The notes beneath the pieces were generated by a model that ran no database searches, was not told the origin of the DNA, and saw only the letters and a list, made by a program, of their open reading frames with translations. The translations under genes were made by a program, and so were the position numbers. This document shows, piece after piece, positions 26,182 to 32,000 of a stretch of 32,000 bases of DNA (position 1 is its first letter; the number at the start of each line of letters is the position of its first letter). The DNA is from Psychrobacter sp. HD31. Lineage in GTDB: Bacteria > Pseudomonadota > Gammaproteobacteria > Pseudomonadales > Moraxellaceae. The DNA is taken from positions 150,001 through 182,000 of the forward strand of contig NZ_CP142525.1 in the NCBI RefSeq assembly GCF_051097895.1, given 5' to 3'.

Positions 26182-27768
26182 ATGAGCAAGCAGGAGCATG
26201 TGCAAAAAAGCGAAGGAAAAGATGACGTTGTTTTAAAGAATAAAGTTGAGCCTGAAAAAAAAGAAGTAACTGCGCAAGATAAAAAAATTGATGCCGATCA
26301 TCACCCAAGCTTAATTAGCCCACTTGATTCAAAACGCATCAAGCTAGGTAGCCTAGGAAAGCGTCCTAATAAACGCAGTGCAAAGTATGAGTTTGATGCC
26401 GTTGTTTTGGGGGCAGGTCCTGCTGGAGAGGCAGCTGCGATGAAAGTTGCCAAATCGGGTAAAAGAGTTGCTGTGATTGATCCCCGTGATCAGGTGGGCG
26501 GTAACTCTACTCACGTTGGTACTATCCCTAGTAAAGCACTTCGTCAAACTGTTTATAACTTAATTAACTATGGGCGTGATCCGTTATTTAACCGTGGTAA
26601 CACAAACTATCAGCAGGTACCACTCTCTAGAGTTTTAGACAAAGCACGCCGGGTGATTCGTCAGCAAGTTTCGACGCATACTAGATTTTATGAGCGTAAC
26701 CAAATTACGATGATTCAAGGCTGGGCAAGTTTTATTGATAAACATACGCTTCGTATTGATATGAGTGATGGTTCTGGCTTTGAGACCATTACTTTTAACA
26801 AAGCAATTATTACGGTGGGTAGCCGTCCTTACCGCCCAGACATCTTAGATTTCGAGCATCCACGTGTATTTGACTCTGACAAAATTCTACAAATGGATTA
26901 TGTCGCACATAAAATTATTATTTATGGTGCTGGTGTGATTGGTTGTGAATATGCCTCGATTTTTACTGGTTTGGGTTACAAGGTAGACTTAATTAATAAC
27001 AAAGGTGAACTATTAAGCTACTTAGATAGCGAGATTAGTGATGCGCTATCACATGACTTTAGACAATTTGGGGTATTGATACGCCATAATGAAGAGATTG
27101 ATCATTTAGAAACACATGATGATTGTGTTGTGTTGCATTTAAAAAGTGGCAAAAAAATTAAGTCAGATGCCATCTTATGGTCAAATGGTCGCTCTGGTAA
27201 CACAGATGGCCTAAATTTAGAAGCGATTGGGCTAAATGCAAACAACCGTGGGCAATTAACCGTTGATGATACCTACTGTACAGAAATTGATAATGTTTAT
27301 GCAGCGGGTGATGTCATCGGCTGGCCATCATTGGCATCCGCCGCTTATGACCAAGGTCGCTGTGCAGGCGCATTTGTGTTGGGTGAAAAAAATGCAGAGC
27401 CAGTATCCAGCGTGCCAACTGGCATTTATACCATTCCAGAGATTTCTTGCATTGGTAAAACCGAGCAAGAGCTGACCGATGAGCATGTGCCATATGAAGT
27501 GGGGCAAGCGTTTTTTAAACACTTAGCACGCTCTCAAATTATTGGTGATCGCAGTGGGGTTTTAAAAATATTATTCCATAGAGAAACCTTAGAAATTTTA
27601 GGTATCCATTGCTATGGTAACCATGCATCAGAAATTATCCATATTGGTCAGGCGGTGATGAAGTGCAATAACACGCTAGAGTATTTCACCACAACGACCT
27701 TTAACTACCCAACCATGGCAGAGGCATATCGAGTTGCTGCACTTAATGGATTAAACCGAGTATTTTAA
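26182..27768 (+). CDS. sthA: Soluble pyridine nucleotide transhydrogenase with a ~63-aa Lys/Glu-rich N-terminal extension
   Basis: YEFDAVVLGAGPAGEAAA (FAD fold), GGNSTHVGTIPSK in place of the redox-disulfide motif as in SthA, and a second Rossmann motif IIYGAGVIGCEYA. A strong SD AAGAGGA precedes the ATG at 26182. Confidence 0.85.
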   Translation: MSKQEHVQKSEGKDDVVLKNKVEPEKKEVTAQDKKIDADHHPSLISPLDSKRIKLGSLGKRPNKRSAKYEFDAVVLGAGPAGEAAAMKVAKSGKRVAVIDPRDQVGGNSTHVGTIPSKALRQTVYNLINYGRDPLFNRGNTNYQQVPLSRVLDKARRVIRQQVSTHTRFYERNQITMIQGWASFIDKHTLRIDMSDGSGFETITFNKAIITVGSRPYRPDILDFEHPRVFDSDKILQMDYVAHKIIIYGAGVIGCEYASIFTGLGYKVDLINNKGELLSYLDSEISDALSHDFRQFGVLIRHNEEIDHLETHDDCVVLHLKSGKKIKSDAILWSNGRSGNTDGLNLEAIGLNANNRGQLTVDDTYCTEIDNVYAAGDVIGWPSLASAAYDQGRCAGAFVLGEKNAEPVSSVPTGIYTIPEISCIGKTEQELTDEHVPYEVGQAFFKHLARSQIIGDRSGVLKILFHRETLEILGIHCYGNHASEIIHIGQAVMKCNNTLEYFTTTTFNYPTMAEAYRVAALNGLNRVF

Positions 27769-27781
27769 ATAAAAATTAAAA

Positions 27782-27813
27782 ACGCTTTAGTCATTAACTA
27801 AGGCGTTTTTTTT
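27782..27813 (+). terminator. Rho-independent terminator of sthA
   Basis: ACGCTTTAG-7 nt-CTAAGGCGT (one G-U pair) followed by T8. Confidence 0.75.
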
Positions 27814-27852
27814 GTCAAAAAGTCATGATAAAGCAATAGCAAGGAGCAAATC

Positions 27853-29448
27853 ATGTCAGGATATATATTGGCGATTGACCAAGGTACAACTTCTAGCCGT
27901 GCCGTTATTTTTGATGACAAAGCACAACCAATTGCCATTGCCCAAAAACCAACAAATTTATTAACACCTAAATCTGGCTATGTTGAGCAAGATGCCATGC
28001 AAATTTGGCAAACTCAATTAAGCTGTGTGCAAGATGTGATTAACCAAGCCGGTTTATTAGCAACGGATATTGAAGGTCTGTCTATTACTAACCAACGAGA
28101 GTCTATCGTTGTGTGGGATAAGCTAACACACAAACCGCTTGCACCTGCCATTATTTGGCAAGACAGACGCACATCAGACTGGTGTGAAAACATACAAAAT
28201 GAAAATCCAGAACTCGAAGCATTTATACAAAAAACAACGGGCTTACGTTTAGATCCTTATTTTAGTGCCAGTAAAATTAAATGGTTGCTTAACAATAATG
28301 ACGAGGTTAGGTCACTTGTCGAAGCTAACCGAGTCGCAGTTGGTACGATTGATAGTTGGCTAATATACAAGCTGACAGGGGGTGAACATGTGGTAGAAGC
28401 CACTAATGCCTCACGCACTTTATTGTTTGATATTAATGCCATGCAGTGGTCTGATGAGTTAATGACAAAGTTTGATATCCCTATGTCAATTTTACCCAAA
28501 GTTGTTGCATCGGATGCAGAGTTTGGTAAAACCCAAAAAGGATTATTTGCCAAACAATTACCAATTTATGCGGTGTTGGGTGATCAACAGGCGGCGCTTT
28601 TTGGTCAGGGCTGCCTTGAGCCGGGTATGGCAAAAAATACTTATGGTACAGGCTGTTTTATGCTAATGAATGTGGGAGATACTCCAACCTTTAGTCAGCA
28701 TCAACTATTAACAACGGTAGCATGGCAACATCAAAAATTAAGTAGCTATGAGCATATTAGTAACCCATCAACTCATCAGCTTAGTAATCAAATAGGTAAC
28801 CAACTAGGTAAGTTGGTTAAGTCTGGCAAACGCATATTGCATACACCACCAAAGCAAACAACCTATGCACTAGAAGGCAGTGTTTTTATGGCAGGTGCGA
28901 TTGTGCAATGGCTGCGTGATAACCTTGGTATGTTTAGTAATAGTGAAGATGTTGAGGCACTTGCTGCCGAGGTTAGCGATGCAGATGGCGTTGTTTTATT
29001 GCCGGCATTTACAGGGCTAGGCGCACCTTATTGGAAACCAAATTTAACAGCCAGTATCTCTGGAATGACACGAGGGACAACAAAAGCGCATATTGCTAGA
29101 GCAGCATTAGAAGCCATTGCATTCCAAACCCATGATGTATTGGTTGCCATGCAAAAAGACAGTATGTATGATTTAACTGAGTTAAGAGTGGATGGTGGGG
29201 CTGCAAAAAATGACTTATTAATGCAGTTTCAGGCAGATATATTGGGTGTGCCAGTATTAAGACCAAGCAATACGGAAGTTACCTCTAAAGGTGCAGCACT
29301 GTTAGCTGGTATCAAATCTGGCTTGTATGATGAACAAATGATTGTTGACTCCTGGAAATTAGATAAAAGGTTTGAACCATTGATGAGTCAAGATGAGAGA
29401 GAATACCATTTACATAAATGGCAGCAAGTTATCAACCGTTATATTTAA
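27853..29448 (+). CDS. glpK: Glycerol kinase (with a ~39-aa lineage-specific insertion)
   Basis: ILAIDQGTTSSRA, TNQRE, YFSASKIKW, GDQQAALFGQ, NTYGTGCFMLMN and VDGGA motifs. Confidence 0.93.
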   Translation: MSGYILAIDQGTTSSRAVIFDDKAQPIAIAQKPTNLLTPKSGYVEQDAMQIWQTQLSCVQDVINQAGLLATDIEGLSITNQRESIVVWDKLTHKPLAPAIIWQDRRTSDWCENIQNENPELEAFIQKTTGLRLDPYFSASKIKWLLNNNDEVRSLVEANRVAVGTIDSWLIYKLTGGEHVVEATNASRTLLFDINAMQWSDELMTKFDIPMSILPKVVASDAEFGKTQKGLFAKQLPIYAVLGDQQAALFGQGCLEPGMAKNTYGTGCFMLMNVGDTPTFSQHQLLTTVAWQHQKLSSYEHISNPSTHQLSNQIGNQLGKLVKSGKRILHTPPKQTTYALEGSVFMAGAIVQWLRDNLGMFSNSEDVEALAAEVSDADGVVLLPAFTGLGAPYWKPNLTASISGMTRGTTKAHIARAALEAIAFQTHDVLVAMQKDSMYDLTELRVDGGAAKNDLLMQFQADILGVPVLRPSNTEVTSKGAALLAGIKSGLYDEQMIVDSWKLDKRFEPLMSQDEREYHLHKWQQVINRYI

Positions 29449-29480
29449 TGCAAATGAGTGATGATGAGTAAAAAAGTCTT

Positions 29481-30509
29481 ATGAGAAAAGTAAATAAAAA
29501 TGGACACGCTTTTTATGTTGCTACCAGTAACTTATCAAATTTTGCTAATCCACACCGTGTGTTTTATAAAAATGCCACGCCTTATGATGATAAGTCGTAT
29601 CAAGCAAAATTAAATGGGTTGACTCAATTGCTAGCGCCTGCACAGGCAAATGTAATCGCCGTGCAAGAAATTTGGGATAAAAATGCGTTAACGGATTTAG
29701 CCATCAACCTTGGTTTTGATGAAACGGATGTGATTGCACCATTAGCAAGCAATGATGCTACCAGCAAATATACAAAAGGAGAAGGCGCACAAAACACGCC
29801 TGCCTTGGGTTTTATTAGTCACTATCCTTGTTTGGATGTGGCGGTATTAGGACAATTTCATGATAAAGCCGTTATAGATATTCCTGATGTGGGAGAATAT
29901 GCAGTATTTAATCGCCCAGCATTAATGGCAACATTTGATATTGCAGGCAAGCCAGTAACTTTTGTAAATGCCCATCTAAAAAGTAAGCGCCCCCATTTTT
30001 TAAGAGATGCAAATGGTATTGCTTTAGAAGATATAGACGACCCCAATATTCGGGTTCGTGCAAAATTACGCAGCTTGTGCATGCGAGCCGCTGAAGCAGC
30101 AGCCATACGTATGCAAGTGATTAAAAAATTAGACAATACGACTTGCCCGTTGGTATTAATGGGAGATATGAATGACGTCACCATGAGTGTCACTACCCAA
30201 TTAATGACCGAAACAGGGGAGGTTAACTATGATCGCAGCATGCGAGATACCGCCTTGTTTGATGCGGCTCGTATCCAAACAAGATATGGTTGGATGCATG
30301 ATGTTGCTTACAGTCATATTCATCAGGGAATGCCAGAAGTCATTGATCAAATTTTTGTATCAGAAGAGTTTTTAATTGATAGTAAGTTTGCGGCTGGGTA
30401 TGTTGAAAGAGTTGATTATTTTAATGATCATTTAAAGTGGGATTATAAAAATAGAGCAAGTGATCATGGCGTTGTTAGAGCCAAATTGGTTTTAAATAGT
30501 TTAAATTAA
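29481..30509 (+). CDS. Endonuclease/exonuclease/phosphatase (EEP) family protein
   Basis: 342 aa. VIAVQEI, VNAHLKS, LMGDMND and a terminal SDHGVV are EEP catalytic motifs. Confidence 0.65.
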   Translation: MRKVNKNGHAFYVATSNLSNFANPHRVFYKNATPYDDKSYQAKLNGLTQLLAPAQANVIAVQEIWDKNALTDLAINLGFDETDVIAPLASNDATSKYTKGEGAQNTPALGFISHYPCLDVAVLGQFHDKAVIDIPDVGEYAVFNRPALMATFDIAGKPVTFVNAHLKSKRPHFLRDANGIALEDIDDPNIRVRAKLRSLCMRAAEAAAIRMQVIKKLDNTTCPLVLMGDMNDVTMSVTTQLMTETGEVNYDRSMRDTALFDAARIQTRYGWMHDVAYSHIHQGMPEVIDQIFVSEEFLIDSKFAAGYVERVDYFNDHLKWDYKNRASDHGVVRAKLVLNSLN

Positions 30510-30791
30510 AAAAATAGTAAGCCATCTGGTGTTTTTTAGCTACTTTTGCAAGAAACACTATTGCAGTAATACTGCTAAAATTGGCGTTATCTTGCTAATA
30601 CTCTGTGTTTAATTACTAAAATAAAATTACGATAGATAATAGTTACAATCCTGTTGTGTTAGTTGCAAATAGTGTCTAGTCAGGTAACGTAAAAGCTGTC
30701 AAAATGTGTTTCATCAAAGTGATGGTGTTATGAAACAGCCTGCTTGATTAAATGATTAATAAACAATCCTAAAGATATAATGGAGATAACG

Positions 30792-31454
30792 ATGCAAGCC
30801 AAAAAAACCATATCAGCGATTTTATCGGGTACATTGTTAATGGGTGTGCCTATGTATGCAACAATGACATCGGCAGTCGCTGCAACTACTGCGGCAGATA
30901 ATTTGACGGCATCCAAGCGTTTAAATGCGTTATTAGTAAATACCAAAAGCATGACTGCAAACTTTAAACAAACTACAAAAGGCGGTAAACAAGCGTCTGG
31001 CAATTTTTCTGGCACTATGGCGGTACAACGCCCAAGCAAGTTCCGTTGGCAAACAACTAAACCATCAGATCAACTGGTTGTTACCAGTGGTAGTAAACTT
31101 TGGATTTATGATAAAGACCTAGAGCAAGCCACTTCTCAAAGTGTTAACAACCAAGTGGGTAATACCCCAGCATTATTGTTGTCTGGTGACCCTAGCAAAA
31201 TATCTAACAACTTTAAGATAGCCCAGCCGTATGGCGATAAAAACTACTATGTGTTAACACCTAAATCAAAAAGTGCGAACTTCCGTAACATGTCAATTAG
31301 TTTTAATGGTGGCAAGCCCGTTATGATGGTTTTAAATGACAACCTTGGTCAAACAACTACGATTAAATTTAATAATATTAAATTAAACCCCTCAATTAAT
31401 AGCAGCAAGTTTAAATTTACGCCGCCAAAAGGGGTGGATGTGATTCGCCAGTAA
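30792..31454 (+). CDS. lolA: Outer-membrane lipoprotein carrier protein LolA
   Basis: A signal peptide is followed by FKQTT...G.F.G...VQRPSKFRW......DQLVVTSGSKLWIYD, typical of LolA. GGAGA lies 5 nt before the ATG at 30792. Confidence 0.85.
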   Translation: MQAKKTISAILSGTLLMGVPMYATMTSAVAATTAADNLTASKRLNALLVNTKSMTANFKQTTKGGKQASGNFSGTMAVQRPSKFRWQTTKPSDQLVVTSGSKLWIYDKDLEQATSQSVNNQVGNTPALLLSGDPSKISNNFKIAQPYGDKNYYVLTPKSKSANFRNMSISFNGGKPVMMVLNDNLGQTTTIKFNNIKLNPSINSSKFKFTPPKGVDVIRQ

Positions 31455-31475
31455 TCTCACTAAAGATTGCTTGTA

Positions 31476-31510
31476 AAAAAGCCACCAAATATTCTTTGGT
31501 GGCTTTTTTT
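31476..31510 (+). terminator. Rho-independent terminator of lolA
   Basis: GCCACCAAA-5 nt-TTTGGTGGC followed by T7. Confidence 0.8.
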
Positions 31511-31645
31511 GACATATAAAACCAACTAATTTTTAGATAATTGATACAAAAAGTGAGTGATAAGCTGCGTTTTTGTATTAAAGTATGACAGAATATAAAT
31601 AAAGAGATTGTTTAAAACTTATAAGCTATAAAAGTGAGATGTAAC

Positions 31646-32000
31646 ATGAGTGACTTATTAAACTGCGTTATCGTAGAGCATAACCCGAGCAAGCAACCAA
31701 TCGACAAAGCGGTAATTTGGCTGCATGGCTTGGGTGCCAGTGGGCATGATTTTGAGCCTATTGTACCAGTATTGGGTTTAAGTGATGAGTTAGCGGTGCG
31801 TTTTGTTTTTCCACATGCGCCGCAAATTCCGGTTACCATTAATGGTGGCTATGTGATGCCTGCTTGGTATGACATTTTAGAAATGAGCCTTGAGCGTAAA
31901 GTCGATGTTGCACAAATTGAGGCATCAGCTCAACAAATTAGAGATTTAATTGCTGATCAGGTTAAGCAAGGTGTTGCTGAAGAAAACATCGTGATTGCTG
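31646..32000 (+). CDS. Phospholipase/carboxylesterase-family alpha/beta hydrolase, 3'-truncated by the window edge
   Basis: My own translation is MSDLLNCVIVEHNPSKQPIDKAVIWLHGLGASGHDFEPIVPVLGL...VRFVFPHAPQIPVTINGGYVMPAWYDI. This matches the carboxylesterase 2 / YpfH-type N-terminus. The ORF is open to the window end. Confidence 0.75.
   Translation, partial: MSDLLNCVIVEHNPSKQPIDKAVIWLHGLGASGHDFEPIVPVLGLSDELAVRFVFPHAPQIPVTINGGYVMPAWYDILEMSLERKVDVAQIEASAQQIRDLIADQVKQGVAEENIVIA

Noticed and set aside
30728-31039. 103-aa minus-strand ORF overlapping the lolA start, plus ORF 31612-31839 (-)
   Set aside because: They are antisense to lolA and to the carboxylesterase gene respectively, both of which have strong family signatures.

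Overview
AT-rich gammaproteobacterial chromosome segment. The tmRNA tag ANDETYALAA, rpsF-rpsR-rplI without priB, and the gene content suggest Moraxellaceae, but the taxon is inference only. Core genes on the left are a 5'-truncated phytase-like beta-propeller gene, a UvrD-family helicase, a GT4 glycosyltransferase and fhs. Core genes on the right are ssrA, rplI-rpsR-rpsF, an RDD/GYF membrane protein, ppsA/ppsR, a DUF4377 lipoprotein, sthA, glpK, an EEP-family protein, lolA and a 3'-truncated carboxylesterase. Between fhs and ssrA lies an 11,943-bp integrative island (7098-19063). It is bounded by an exact 23-bp direct repeat that duplicates the 3' end of ssrA. The island carries: (1) a P4/CP4-57-type tyrosine integrase; (2) an AlpA-family regulator heading a translationally coupled operon of four unrecognisable genes, followed by a DUF3987 primase/helicase-like gene; (3) a umuDC cassette bracketed by ~130-bp direct repeats full of phased GCTATT motifs, with a third inverted copy near int; (4) an AT-rich cargo slot between alpA and int, holding a 285-aa signal-anchored protein and a small glycine-zipper membrane protein whose reading frame is split at a canonical -1 slippery heptamer A_AAA_AAC. 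No capsid, terminase, tail or lysis genes are visible, so it looks like a satellite or integrative island rather than a prophage. The cargo slot and the unknown alpA operon are the best candidates for an undescribed system. All family calls come from motif recognition by eye and no database search was run.
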